Part shown: positions 1-14,288 of the stretch, in pieces
Layout: each line of letters starts with the position of its first letter
How positions within the stretch are numbered: the first letter of the stretch is position 1
NCBI GenBank assembly: GCA_964016885.1
Contig: OZ024747.1
Span: 52,266,001 to 52,330,000 of the forward strand
DNA length: 64,000 nt
Direction of reading: 5' to 3'
Origin: Eledone cirrhosa
Taxonomy: Eukaryota
Position numbers and translations under genes: made by a program
The notes under the pieces: model-generated
Databases searched by the model: none
What the model was told of the DNA's origin: nothing
The model's input: only the letters and a program-made list of their open reading frames with translations

Positions 1-130
1 GTCTCTCTAACTTTTTTTAGGTCTTCCTGGTGTCGTGTGAAGTTGCACTCTATGTTGCATTTCATAACGACTGCGATGTGTGAGATACTTCGTCTCAGGG
101 ACAAAATTTTGCTTTTTAAATTTCGCATCC

Positions 131-1062
<932 letters not shown>

Positions 1063-1126
1063 CTCAGTCCCCTAAGCTACTGGCCTTGTGCCAACATTTT
1101 TCAAAAATGCATATCTGTGCATGCAA

Positions 1127-2030
1127 GGGCGGCGGCTTAGCAGTCTCGGTAGAGCGTCAGACAAAATACTTTGCAAATTGCTAATTACAAGTTTCCTTGT
1201 TGTCAGATCAGATCCTATCGAGATCAATTGTATTTTTCATCTTTCCGAGATCGATAAAATAAAATGCCTGTCAAGTATTGCGTGCGATATAATCACCTTT
1301 ATCTTCACCCCCCCCCCCCACACACACACAAATTGCTGGTCTTGTGACTAAATCATGATGGTCTGGAACGGTAGATTAGCAGTAATCGGTAGAGCGTCGG
1401 GCAACCTGCTTTGTGGCATAGAGGTATGCCCCTTTACGTTCTTAGTTCAAATCGCACCGACGTTAACTTTGCCTTTCATTTTTTCGGTGTTGATGAAATA
1501 TAGTACCAGTAACGTACTTGGGTTGATTTAATTGACTTTCCCCTCCCCCCCCAAATTGTTGTCCTTGGGCCTAAGTCAGAAACCATTATTCATACAAGAA
1601 CAATGGCGTTAGACATGTCTGAATCATTAGAGTGTCGGACAAGATGTTTTCCACCATTTTTTCTGACCCCTTAAATTCTGTGTTGGAAACCCACCTAAGA
1701 TCCAAAATTGATAAAATAAAGTACCAGTCATGTACGAGGTGCACATACTCCCCTTCCCCTCCCTCCCCTCAAAATGTCTACCCTTCTTTCTAAATATCAA
1801 CAGACGCCATATTTCAGGGTGAAGTTTGAAGATAGAGTAAGACTGGACAATAAAAAGGTATTATTTTTAAGTATCGGTAGAGCGTCGGACACCATGCTTT
1901 GCAGCACAGTGTTATGACCCTTTACGTTCTGAATTCAATTCCCACCGAGGTTAACTTTGTCTTTCATCCTTATGGGATCGATAAAATAAAGTACAAGTAA
2001 TGCACTGGGGTAAAAGTAGAAACAATTATT
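1127..2030 (+). mobile_element. cluster of ~4 diverged tRNA-derived SINE copies (family 1)
   Basis: Repeated 'ggtagagcgtcggac...gttcaaat...aactttgcctttcat...gataaaataaagtacc' at ~1130, ~1370, ~1610 and ~1870; A/B-box-like head. Confidence 0.85.
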
Positions 2031-2071
2031 GTTAATTAATAATATATTTCTGACAATGAGGAACAGAATGA

Positions 2072-2129
<58 letters not shown>

Positions 2130-2230
2130 TGTGTGTACGTGTGTGTGTGTACGTGTGTGTGTCTGTGTGTGTACGTGTGTGTGTGTACGTGTGTGTGTCT
2201 GTGTGTGTACGTGTGTGTGTGTACGTGTGT

Positions 2231-2310
<80 letters not shown>

Positions 2311-2434
2311 GAAGAAGGTGGTGGACAGGGTACAGCTTAGACTTTTGTAAAGATACTGCAACGGATTCTGCTGCGCTAAATTGATAAAAACGAAGAAAGA
2401 ATGTTGATACAACAACTGATGATAAGTCATCCTT

Positions 2435-3066
2435 TTAGATTGAAAAGTTATACAGATATATATATATATACAGATATATAGAGAGAAACGCAACATTATA
2501 CCGCATAACATTGCTTCTGAAGTGTTTATTTTCGTTAGTACGGTCTGTAAGTAGTATATGGGTAAATGCTGGATGATCTTCTATCGGTGGAGGTCTGACC
2601 TTTCCTGCTAAGCAACACATGCTAAGTGTAATATCCATGCTACCAATCGTGACTTTAGGATCATTTCTATAATTCTTCGATCGATCATATGAAAATGCAG
2701 CTCTTTGCCAGTTTATTCTGTCTTGAAGAGTCCTTTGAGCTTGTCGAGTTTGCATTGTAACTGTCATTGCCCCTTGGTGATTTTCATATTAAACCTCTGT
2801 TTGTTGCGTTAGTCTTTCTTCTTGCCTTAATTTTTCTGTTTCTTGTCTCAGGTTCTGTACACTTTCAGAAAGTTGCGCTCGTCTTGTTGTCTTAGCCTCT
2901 CTGTTTCCCGTCTCATATTCTGCTGAATGTCCCAATGGTCACTTGTCCCTTTAATCCCAAGTCGTTTTTTTTTATATTGTTCATGAGTTTCTCTTTCGCT
3001 TGAAGATTTCAACCGTTTGGCGGACATTGTAACTCTCCCGATAGATGAGCGGTGTTTTGGTGACAT
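2435..3066 (-). pseudogene. Helitron Rep/helicase N-terminal fragment (degenerate)
   Basis: AAFSYD...VTIGSM...MCCLAGKV.PP...HFRSNVMRYN.AF matches the Helitron RepHel N-terminal motif pattern; broken by stops. Confidence 0.75.
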
Positions 3067-3410
3067 GATGAAATTAATTTTCTAGGGAAATATTTGGAAA
3101 AAACAAAACAATACAAAGCAATATAAAAATAGAAATAAATGCAAATAGCAGTATCAGAGAATAGGTTGACACTCTGTCATCTGAATTAGGTCAATAATAA
3201 CATGACACTATCCTCAGAAAGCTAAATTAATATACACCGTAGATTAATTTCAAATAGTATCAATTTTTTCTGTGTTCTGCAAAATCAAAGACTGGTGTAA
3301 AACGACTTTATAAAAGCTAAGGCAATACATGCACCTGATACTTTGATCTATAGTTTAAGCCGATTCTAGACGGTTGTGGGACGTCACTCTCTTTCTTTCT
3401 CTGAATATCT

Positions 3411-4992
3411 TCTTCGGCCGAGTTTACACTCGCAAAGATTCAGCACGCCCTTTCCAACCGTCCCGGTCGAGCATGACACTTCTCAGTTCGTCGATGTTAT
3501 CAATGTTGGCAACTCTCAGCAGGGTATCAATGAATGAGACGGGCTGTCTTCCCACGCTTCTTCGTCCGAATGCCGGTTTCCAGAACATAAGTTATGAGGC
3601 TGTCTCTTCTGGATGACGGATGCAGTGTTTAGCCAGATTCATTCGTCGGCAGGCAACTGTTTTTGAGACTGCTGGTAGTGATCTGTATAGTTCCTTATTT
3701 GTCAGCTTCCACGAAATGTTGAGAGCCATTTTCAGCATCCTCGTGTAACATCCGTCAAGTCTCTTACATAGCACTTTGTCAATAGTCCACGTCTCACTGC
3801 CATAATAAAAGCAAACTCTAAGGAAGATCGCATCAAGAAGTGGTACTCACATTTCAAGGAATTACTTGGAAAAGATTCTAAAGTTGTGGGTGAGATCGGC
3901 GAAATTGCACCAGTGCTGAAAAATCTGGGAATCTCAGACATACTCTTCACACCAGCTGAATACTCAATAGCCAAGAAGTCTCTGATGGAGGGGAAAGCCT
4001 TTGGATCTGATGGCATCGACTCGGAAGTTCTCAAGCATTGCAACTTGGATGACATCATGCTCGGCTATGTCAACAAGCTAATTGTCGGCGAAAAGCCTGA
4101 CCAATGGTCAGAAAGCGATATGAAGCCACTACCAAAGCCAGGTGATCTCGGCTATACAGACAAATTAGCAAATTGAAGGCTCCTCAACAAAATTCGACCA
4201 AAATTCAATCCACAAGTACGTCCGAACTAGAATGGCTTCCGACCAGGAAGGTCGGCTATTGCGCATATTCTTGCATTAAGGGGATTAATTTAGGGTGTCC
4301 AATCACACAACCTAAAGGTTGTCTTGACGTTTGTAAACTTTCGAGAAGCATTCGACAGCATCCACCGAGAGCGAATGCTCCAGATCCTGAGAGCATATAA
4401 TGTGCCTGAAAAGATAGTTCAAGCTATAGGTCTGATGTACGAGGGTAGTCGAGCTCGCGTATTGACACCGGACGGAAACACTGATTACTTTGATATTCTC
4501 GCGGGTGTTCTCCAAGGCGACACGCTTGCACCCTTCCTATTTGCAATTGCCCTTGAGTATGCCACGAGACAGGCCATTCGTGGGAAGGAAGAAGAGTTAG
4601 GTTTCAAATTGGATCGAAGGAGAAGCTGTCGACACCATCCAAAATTTGTCACTGACACAGACTTCGCCGATGACATTACCTTGATCAGAGAAGAAATCAG
4701 CCAAGCTCAAGCACTGCTCACACGTGTCGAGGTTGAATCATCCAAAATAGGACTGCATCTCAATGCAAAGAAGACCGAAATCATGCCCTACAATCAGGTT
4801 GATCCAGCTCCAGTTCTTGCTAAGAACGGTACAACAATCAAAACAGTTGAGAACTTAAGTATCTTGCTGCATGGATGCACAGCACACGTAAGGACTTTAA
4901 AGTTAGAAAAGCACTAACATGGTCCGCATGCCACAATCTACTGAAGGTGTGGAAGTCCGACCTAAACCGCAAAATCAAGGAGCGCCTCTTCC
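3411..4992 (-). mobile_element. 5'-truncated, 5'-inverted RTE LINE with target-site duplication
   Basis: 3411-~3808 (-) encodes YGSETWT..KRLDGCYTRMLKMALNISW to the 3' end; ~3809-4992 (+) encodes RT (FVNFREAFDS, GVLQGDTLAP, DFADD, KIKERLF); CTGAATATCT at 3401-3410 and 5002-5011. Confidence 0.88.
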
Positions 4993-5105
4993 TCTTCCTT
5001 CCTGAATATCTAACACTTTAATTGTATCTCTCACTGTACAACAGCCTATCTCTCTCCCTGCCTCTCCCTTTCTGTGTGTGTCTCCCTCTCCCTCTCCCTC
5101 TTTAG

Positions 5106-5149
<44 letters not shown>

Positions 5150-5266
5150 AGTTTTCCTGTGATTAAACCAACCAACCAATAAAAATCTCTCTTTTATATC
5201 ATATATAAATATATATCATTTGATATTTAATATGCTATTATATAATCTCTAACATCCCGTTACGCC

Positions 5267-5328
5267 CTAGCGCCCCTGGACCTTCTCAACGCCCCCTGTG
5301 GGCGGTAACGCCCACTTTGAGAACCTTT
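5267..5328 (-). mobile_element. hAT-like MITE terminal fragment
   Basis: Reverse strand 'ggttctcaaagtgggcgttaccgccc..gggggcgttg' resembles hAT/Charlie-type ends. Confidence 0.45.
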
Positions 5329-5464
5329 GATTTATAGTTTGGTCAGCTGACAATCCTAGGTTTTGACACATCTTGCTTGGACCACATTTTGAAAAGCCGT
5401 CATTTTCCACTACACAGTCTACACTCACCCACGTTAAATCATGTGAAAGGTCATAACACAATAC

Positions 5465-5790
5465 AAACTGGCACTCCGTCGGTTGCGACGACAAGTGTTC
5501 CAGTTCATCTGATCAATTGAACAGCCTGCTCGTGAAATCAACGTGCAAGAGGCTGGAAATTCTACAGATACGCTTACCCTTAACGTAGTTCTCCGGGAGA
5601 TTCAGCGTGACTCACAATGTGACAAGGCTGGCCCTTCGAATTACAAGTGCAACTCATTTTGCCAGCTGAGTGGACTGGAACAACGTGAAATAAAGTGTCT
5701 TGCTCAAGGACACAACGCACCGCCGGGAATAAAATTCACCACCCTAATACCATTATCACAAAGCCACGCGCATTCACCTAACACAATACA
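5465..5790 (-). mobile_element. tRNA-derived SINE family 2 (CORE-like central domain)
   Basis: Reverse strand 'gtgtccttgagcaagacactttatttcacgttg.tccagtccactcagctggcaaaatgagt'; related copies at 14750-15050 and 45490-45670. Confidence 0.8.
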
Positions 5791-6310
5791 ACCCTCTGCA
5801 TATCTCTAGAGATTTCAATACTGCTGCTAAATGGCAAAGCTGTTTAGCGATTTATATATTAATTGTTATCATTATATGTTTAATTTAATTATACACATTT
5901 ATATAAAACAGATCTTTTAAGGTTTAGTAATGCACCCCTCTTGGTCTGCGTCCTGGGTGACCGCCTAGTTGCTTTTAATGGTAGCGTCGACCTTGTATAA
6001 ATAGTAATTTAGGAAGTGAAAATATGAGAGTACAGGGAAGAAAAGAAGATGAAAAATGGCTAAAAAGTATTTTCAACGTCTTTAAGTGCCGTCGTTAAAA
6101 CGAAAGCATCCCATGTATATTTTAAGCTTGAAACAAAAATGTTTCAATAGTCGGAAATAGATCTACAGGATATATTAATACTGAAGACCGAAATATGAAG
6201 TACTGCCAAAAAACAGTTGGAATGGCTGCATCAATAACGGCGCAGGATCTGATTATCTATCTACCTATCTATCTTTCTATCTATCTAACAATCTATATGT
6301 CTGCCTGTCT

Positions 6311-6389
<79 letters not shown>

Positions 6390-6519
6390 GAAGAGCTAAA
6401 ATCCAAAGAGGGCTCGATAAGGATAAATATATATCAGATATATAAAAACCGTAGAGAAAATATTTATTAATTAATAATTTTTGAAATATTTATTTCTGCG
6501 TTCACAGATTGATTTTTTT

Positions 6520-6570
6520 AGTTTCAGAAGATCCTGTTAAGGGTGAAAGCAGCGATTCTTTGCTTAAACT
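6520..6570 (+). ncRNA. degenerate type I hammerhead ribozyme motif
   Basis: agttt-CAGAAGA-tcct/aggg-GAAA-gca..tgc-TT-aaact; all three stems pair but core U4 is A. Confidence 0.6.
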
Positions 6571-6578
6571 TTAATCTG

Positions 6579-6614
<36 letters not shown>

Positions 6615-6653
6615 GATATTAACAAATGGAAACTATATTTATAAAACCATATC

Positions 6654-6718
6654 TATTTTATTATACATATTTCAAGGATACCATGTTAAATTATGGTATG
6701 CTTTCATCAGACAAAATA
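6654..6718 (-). ncRNA. type I hammerhead ribozyme, family A
   Basis: Reverse strand tattttgt-CTGATGA-aagcataccat..atggtatcctt-GAAA-tatgta-TA-ataaaata. Confidence 0.85.
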
Positions 6719-8234
6719 CAATATATACCAGTTTTATAAATAAATATTGACATACCCTTACAAAATGCAACCGTTACTTTTGGAAGACATCGGGATAGTG
6801 GATTTGTTTACTTATATTAGTAAGTCGTTGTATTACAGAGAAGGAAAAAGACGGAGAGAAAGAGAAAAAACGGAGAGAGAGAAAAGGGAGAAAGAAAGAA
6901 AAAAGAAGAAAGAAAAAAGAACAAAGAAAAAAGAACAAAGAAAAAAGAAGAAAGAAAAAAAGAAAATAGAGAGAAAACGAGACAGAGATATCAAAACACC
7001 AGACAGAGAGAAAAAAATCGAGAGAGAGAAATATAGAGATAGAGAGAGGGGGGAGAGAACGAAAACCTCAAGTTAAGTTAACAATTGAGATGAAATGAAT
7101 AAATAAAATTAGAAATATTAATATTCATGAATGGAATATACATATATAATATGAGAAATTAATCATTGTTTAACGATGATTAGATATTTAGTTTAAAAAT
7201 TTGAGATCAATATATTAAAAATTGGAATTTAAACATTAAGAAATCTATATATTGCTAGAGAAATTACATATCATATAACACGTACATACACGCAAAAATA
7301 CACATAAATATATATATACACACACTCACAAAATACACATCATATCTACCCCCGTATATAATATATACATACAAAGCATACATGATTTTTTTTAATATTT
7401 AATGTTATACATCCTTTGTGTTACTAAATAAAAAATTTTAATATATATATATAAATATATAAGATTAGCTGTCATGCATTTATGGCTGTTAGTTATGTCT
7501 ATCTGCAATCAAATTGTATGGATATACATGTACATGTACACACACAATTCTTACATATACATATATATACATGTGTGTGCATCCTCAGCCAATTGGTAGA
7601 CACGCGTCACGCATGCATATATACAGACAGACATATTTTCATAAAAATGCATATAACACATGTATATGTATGTTAATATACACATATATATACATACACG
7701 TATAGAGATAAATATACATCAATATAGTATACAGTATAATTGAGTACATAAAATAGAAAAGGATTATATTTTGGAAATATAATTATATCAATATAACTTT
7801 AAAAACAAAACAATTCTAAAATATTAAAATATTATAGAATATTTTAAGTTAAAATAATATGTTTAATAGATTTAGTATAGAAATTTATCTTACGTATATT
7901 TTACTCAAGATATTGAAAGGATAAACTTTCGAAAATTATGAGAAACTATCAGAATAAAAGCAAACATAAAAAATTAATAAAAAATAAAAATATAAAAAAT
8001 TAAAAAATATAAAAAATTTAAAAAAAATAAAAAAAATAAGAAATAGGAAATATTTTCTCCTTTCAAGAGCTCCAATATATTTCTCTAGAATAGTTTATTA
8101 TATTTATATTTATATTTAGGAAGAAAATTTATTTATACATGAGTACTTAACCAAAGAAAATGAAAAAGATGAAGGAATCTAATGATTTATCGACAGGTTT
8201 CATATATTAACCAAATTAATTAATTAATTATATA

Positions 8235-8580
8235 CTACATTTTAAATTTATATTTATATTTAAACGTTGAGTTCAATCTATGTCTGCAGCAACTGAATAA
8301 ATTATTCCTTAAATTCAGGGAATGTTTGGTCTTTAATATAAAGAATATTTCCTCTATACAAAGATCGCAATTTTCTGAAGAGGAGTTAAAAGGAGTAGCT
8401 TATGAAATAATATTCCAAATCAGCGAATATTCATAATTTTCTCGTTTTAGGTCCCATAATAGGCTAGATAGAGAAGTTGAAGATTTTTTGCTTGGATCTG
8501 TAAAAGAAATTTTATGATTATTGAAGCGGGATTTAAACTCTGTGGAGGTAGATCCGACATAATTAAATGAATTTAAATTA
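8235..8580 (-). pseudogene. PLE GIY-YIG endonuclease C-terminal fragment (Naiad-like)
   Basis: YVGSTSTEFKSRFNNHKISF...W.I...CDLCIEE...LNLRNNLFSCCRH; one internal stop. Confidence 0.85.
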
Positions 8581-10010
8581 GTTTCTTTTTTCATTTTCTT
8601 TGGTTAAGTACTCAAGTATAAATAAATTTTCTTCCTAAATATAAATATAAATATAAATATAATAAACTGTTCTAGAGAAATATATTGAGAGCTCTTGAAA
8701 GGAGAGAATATTTCCTACTTCTTATTTTTTATATTTTTTATATTTTTTTATATTTTTTATATTTTTTATTTTTTATTTATTTTTTATTATGTTTGTTTTT
8801 ATTCTGATAGTTTCTCATAATTTTAGAAAGTTTATCTTTTCAATATCTTGAGTAAAATATACGTAAGATAAATTTCTATACTAAATCTATTAAACACATT
8901 ATTTTAACTTAAAATATTCTATAATATTTTAATATTTTAGAATTGTTTTGTTTTTAAAGTTATATTGATATAATTATATTTCCAAAATATAATCCTTTTG
9001 TATTTTATGTACTCAATTATACTATGTACTATATTGATGTATACTTATCTCTATACGTGTATGTATGTATATGTGTATATTAACATACATATACATGTGT
9101 TATATGCATTTTTATGAATATATGTCTGTCTGTATATATGCATGCGTGACGCGTGTCTACCAATTGGCTGAGGATGCACACACACGTATATATATGTATA
9201 TGTAAGAATTGTGTGTGTACATGTACATGTATATCCATACAATTTGATTGCAGATAGACATAACTAACAGCCATAAATGCATGACAGCTAATCTTATATA
9301 TTTATATATATATATTAATTTTTTTTATTTAGTAACACAAAGGATGTATAACATTAAATATAAAAAAACCATGTATGCTTTGTATGTATATATTATATGC
9401 GGGGGTAGATATGATGTGTATTTTGTGAGTGTGTGTATATATATATTTATGTGTATTTTTGCGTGTATGTACGTGTTATATGATATGTTGTTTCTCTAGC
9501 AATATATAGATTTCTTAATGTTTAAATTCCAATTTTTAATATATTGATCTCAATTTTTTAAACTAAATATCTAATCATAGTTAAACAATGATTAATTTCT
9601 CATATTATATATATATATTCCATTCATGAATATTAATATTTCTAATTTTATTTATTCATTTCATCTCAATTGTTAACTTAACTTAATATGACATGACTTA
9701 AGGTTTTCGTTCTCTCCCCCTCTCTCTATCTCTATATTTCTCTCTCTCGATTTTTTCTCTCTGTCTGGTGTTTTGATATCTCTCTCTCGTTTTTCTCTCT
9801 TTTTTCTTTTTTTTTCTTTTTTTCTTTTTTCTTTCTTTCTCCCTTTTCTCTCTCTCCGTTTTTTCTCTCTCTCTCCGTCTTTTTCCTTCTCTGTAACACA
9901 ACGACTTACTAATATAAGTAAACAAATCCACTATCCCGATGACTTCCAAAAGTAACGGTTGCATTTTGTAAGGGTATGTCAATATTTATTTATAAAACTG
10001 GTATATATTG

Positions 10011-10075
10011 TATTTTGTCTGATGAAAGCATACCATAATTTAACATGGTATCCTTGAAATATGTATAACAATATA
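10011..10075 (+). ncRNA. type I hammerhead ribozyme, family A
   Basis: CTGATGA 10019-10025, stem II hairpin, GAAA 10056-10059, tatgta-TA. Confidence 0.85.
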
Positions 10076-10202
10076 GATATGGTTTTATAAATATAGTTTC
10101 CATTTGTTAATATCGTATATTTACTCCAAATACTTGTCGAGTGCTTTATATCAGTTATAAAAATATTTGCTTGCTGTATCCCAACAATTTAAATAGAACT
10201 TT

Positions 10203-10354
<152 letters not shown>

Positions 10355-10424
10355 TATATACCTACCTATCTAACAAAAACAAAACGAAAACAAAAAACAA
10401 AATTCCAGATCATGAGTAATATTG

Positions 10425-10590
10425 GGAAAGTCGGTTATATGTACCCAGTACTTTACTGGTACTTTATTTTATTGACTCAGGAAGGATGAAGGGTAAAGTT
10501 GACTGCTGCAGGATTTGAACTCAAAATGTTAAGAGTCGGGACTACTACCACAATACATTTTTTCCCACGCTCTGATAATTCCGCCTAATC
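10425..10590 (-). mobile_element. SINE family 1, diverged
   Basis: 'ctggtactttattttattgac...ggatgaagggtaaagttgac...gatttgaactca'. Confidence 0.75.
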
Positions 10591-10649
10591 CCCATCCCTC
10601 ATAATGGAGTAATAATGGTTTCTGGTTTAGGCTAAACTCTATTAATCTA

Positions 10650-11830
10650 AGAACGAATTTATTTAGTTCTTGTAGACATCGCCAGAATTCAACATTCAGA
10701 ATTATATATAACTTATAATTATACTTATAATATTCCTACTAATTTCCATAACAATCTCATCCACTTGGTTTTAATATATTGATATCTCTAAATCATAATA
10801 TCTATAACATTTGCTGTATTCCCACTTCTTAAAGTTTCATAAAATATATACGTATATAATTCTAATTTTTAAAATTTTAATTTTAATAATTTTATTTCTT
10901 TAATTTTTATATCTTTAATTTTTATTTCTTTAAAAATTACTTATCTCTTAAAAAATTCTTTTTTTATTTTCTAAAAATTTTTCAATATTTTTTCAATATT
11001 TTTTCAATATTTTTTCAATATTTTTAAAAATAGTTTTTTCAATATTTTCTCAATATTTTTTCAATATTTTTTCAATAGATTAAGGACCACTAACTGATTC
11101 TGGCTAAATATATCTTCAATATCCATACATATTTTGACTGAATAAACACTAACGAATAAATAAATAAAACCGGAGTTTTTTTCCGTATCTTCCCATCTTC
11201 AATCATATAAATATAAATATTCTTCTTAACTCAGTTAATTTAATTTAATTTAACTTAATATTTATTTACATAAAATACAAAACCAATAACCCTCATAGCT
11301 CATTAGAACAATTATCTATAACATGATATTTTATTTTTTTATTTATTTATCTACTTATAACAGAAGAAAAATATTATATTATAAACAAATTTTAAACAAC
11401 TAATAATTGTAAATACACATACTATTAAGATATATACTTAGAATATATTTCCCTCAAATTAACGTTATATGAGTTTTTTTATTCATCTTCCCTTTTTTCT
11501 TTCTTCTCTCTCTCTCTCGCACTATGTTGTCCTTCTCCTCTTCTCTCTTTTCCCTCTCTCTCCATAGCCGTTTAAATAAACGGTTGTTTTTCAATTATTT
11601 ACATATTCATTTGCATATTCACCCATAAATTTGAAAAATCCCTAATACATTTCCACTATCCAGAGAATATCCAACTGATAAGGTATGATTTTCATGGGTA
11701 TGTCTCTATTTATAAAACAAACTTTGTATTTTATCTGAGGAAAGCGTACCAATGTGTTTTTGGAACCCTTGAAATATATATAATAAAATAAATATGGTTT
11801 TATAAATATAGTTTCCATTTATTTAATATC
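10650..11830 (+). mobile_element. probable PLE AT-rich 3' region ending in a family A hammerhead/pLTR tail
   Basis: Ends in the same 'atatggttttataaatatagtttccattt' tail as the 6612/10118 ends; body differs. Confidence 0.6.
11727..11790 (+). ncRNA. type I hammerhead ribozyme, family A variant
   Basis: tattttat-CTGAGGA-aagcgtacca..tggaaccctt-GAAA-tatata-TA-ataaaata. Confidence 0.8.
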
Positions 11831-11873
11831 ATTGTATATATATATATATCTTCGTTTCTGTATATATATATGC

Positions 11874-11993
<120 letters not shown>

Positions 11994-12004
11994 ATTAGGC
12001 GATA

Positions 12005-12114
12005 CCCGCCGATGAAGCCGCATAAGCCGATTGTGCATTGTTGCATAATATATGCAGACAGATGGTGCAGTGCACCTTACTGCTGCATTAGTGCGGCAGA
12101 AACTCGAGTCCGGG
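12005..12114 (+). ncRNA. type I hammerhead with enlarged stem II
   Basis: cccg-CCGATGA-a-gccgca...tgcggc-a-GAAA-ctcgag-TC-cggg; U4C core variant; GUC cleavage triplet. Confidence 0.75.
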
Positions 12115-12303
12115 AACCTTATAGGCACCCATTTTACGTGTGTTGTGTTGAGGCAAATAACTATGTGTATACTCTGGTAATGTATTTTACATTGCCCATT
12201 GAGTGCGCTGAGATACAACCGGTCTTGGCATTGATAAATATGCTGGGTCTGTCAACCCTTATTATATATATATATATCTTCGTTACTGTATATATATATG
12301 CAT

Positions 12304-12334
<31 letters not shown>

Positions 12335-12448
12335 GGAACGAGTAGGACCCCGACGCCTACTCGGTCCTATTATCTACTCTACTACCCTAAGTATTGAGTA
12401 CTTTGGTGCGTTATGGTCCATCTGGTTCCTTACCACATTTCCTTCGTT

Positions 12449-12498
<50 letters not shown>

Positions 12499-12524
12499 TC
12501 GTTACTGTATATATATTATATATG

Positions 12525-12662
<138 letters not shown>

Positions 12663-13074
12663 TATATATATATATATCTTCGTTTCTGTTCCAGGAGCTG
12701 TTTTTGTCAAAACATTAACGCTCCAAATATGAATGTATTTAATTTTATTTTATATAATTATTCTATCTATTTTATTTCTATATTTTATTTTACTTTATAT
12801 ATTTTAAGTATTTTAATATTTGTTTTATTTATTTATTTATTAAATCGTTTGTTTGTTTTTTTGCTATTGTGTATCTATTTCTACTTCCATTATAGTTTTC
12901 CCGCTCTGTGCTTCTATTGTTTGTTATTGTTGTTGTTACTCTATTTTCTAGTTTGAATGAGATTACGCTAAGCTACCGCCATGATTCATAATTTCTCAGT
13001 GGCGAATTTATGATCGTGGATAGATTATCTGACGCCATGAAATGAGTTAGAGTGAGAGGGAGGAGGGGGGTGGG

Positions 13075-13123
13075 GATGACAGAAAGACGATGACAGAGAG
13101 AGAAAAACAGACGGACAGACAGT

Positions 13124-13171
<48 letters not shown>

Positions 13172-13278
13172 GAGACAGACAGAGAGACAGACAGACGGAC
13201 GGGCAGACGGATTAACTGACAGACAGATTGACAGACAGCGACTGACAGAAAGAGAGAAAACAGACGGACGGACGAACT

Positions 13279-13325
<47 letters not shown>

Positions 13326-13401
13326 GGACAGACAGACGGACGAACTGACAGACAGAGAGAGGGACAGAGAGAGAGAGACAGACGGACAGACGGACGAACT
13401 G

Positions 13402-13445
<44 letters not shown>

Positions 13446-14119
13446 GGACAGACAGACGGACGAACTGACAGACAGAGAGAGGGACAGAGAGAGAGAGAGA
13501 GAGACGGACAGACAGACGGACGAACTGACAGACAGAGAGAGGGACAGAGAGAGAGAGAGAGACAGACGGACAGACGGACGGACGAACTGACAGGTAGAGA
13601 GAGAGGGACAGAGAGAGGGACAGAGAGAGAAACAGACGGACAGACAGAGAGACGGACAGAAAGACGGTGAAACAGACAGAGAGATGGAAAGAAAAAGCGA
13701 GAGCCGGAGAGGAAGTGAGAGAGACAGAGAGAGAAAGACAGGAAGAGAGGAAGAGGTATTAACCGGAGAATGAAGAAAGAAAAAGAGGGAGAGCGTTTGG
13801 TGGTTCATAATAAGAGAGAGAGAGGAGGGGGGAGAGTTAGTAATAGAAGTGAGTGAGTACATGAGTAGGTGAGTGAGAGGGTGAGTGAATGTCTGATGGA
13901 GTTTAGTGGTGGTTGTGTGAGTGAATGTGAATGAGTCTGTGAGTGAAGGGTTCCGTGAATGAGTCAGGGGTTGTGTTATGAGTATTAGAAAGCAATGAAG
14001 GGGTTAGTGGAACATAGAAGAAGAAGAAGAAGAAGAAGAAGAAGAAGAAGAAGAAGAAGAAGAAGAAAAAGAAGAAGAAGAAGAAGAAGAAGAAGAAGAA
14101 GAAGAAGAAGAAGAAGAAG

Positions 14120-14150
<31 letters not shown>
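13075..14150. repeat. (GACA)n/(GA)n compound repeat and (GAA)n(CAA)n
   Basis: Directly visible. Confidence 0.9.
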
Positions 14151-14152
<2 letters not shown>

Positions 14153-14288
14153 ATCGGAACGGTATATATATAATAATATATATATAAAAACATTGAATTT
14201 AATCGAAAATTCTCCCGAAATTATCAATAATTTATTACTAAGTAAACGAAATCCTGTCGCAAGTGAAGTGAAATGTGTGTTTGTGAAG

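Larger units (their letters stand above)
6612..10118. mobile_element. Penelope-like element: 3.5 kb palindrome (inverted 3' regions/pLTRs) around a GIY-YIG remnant
   Basis: Arms ~6612-8168 and ~8586-10118 are reverse complements (mirror ORFs MTYPYKMQ and MAVSYVYL); spacer encodes the endonuclease C-terminus; hammerhead at each outer end. Confidence 0.9.

Noticed and set aside
95-115. Similarity of 'tcagggacaaaattttgct' to 37121
   Set aside because: Under 20 nt and does not extend; likely chance
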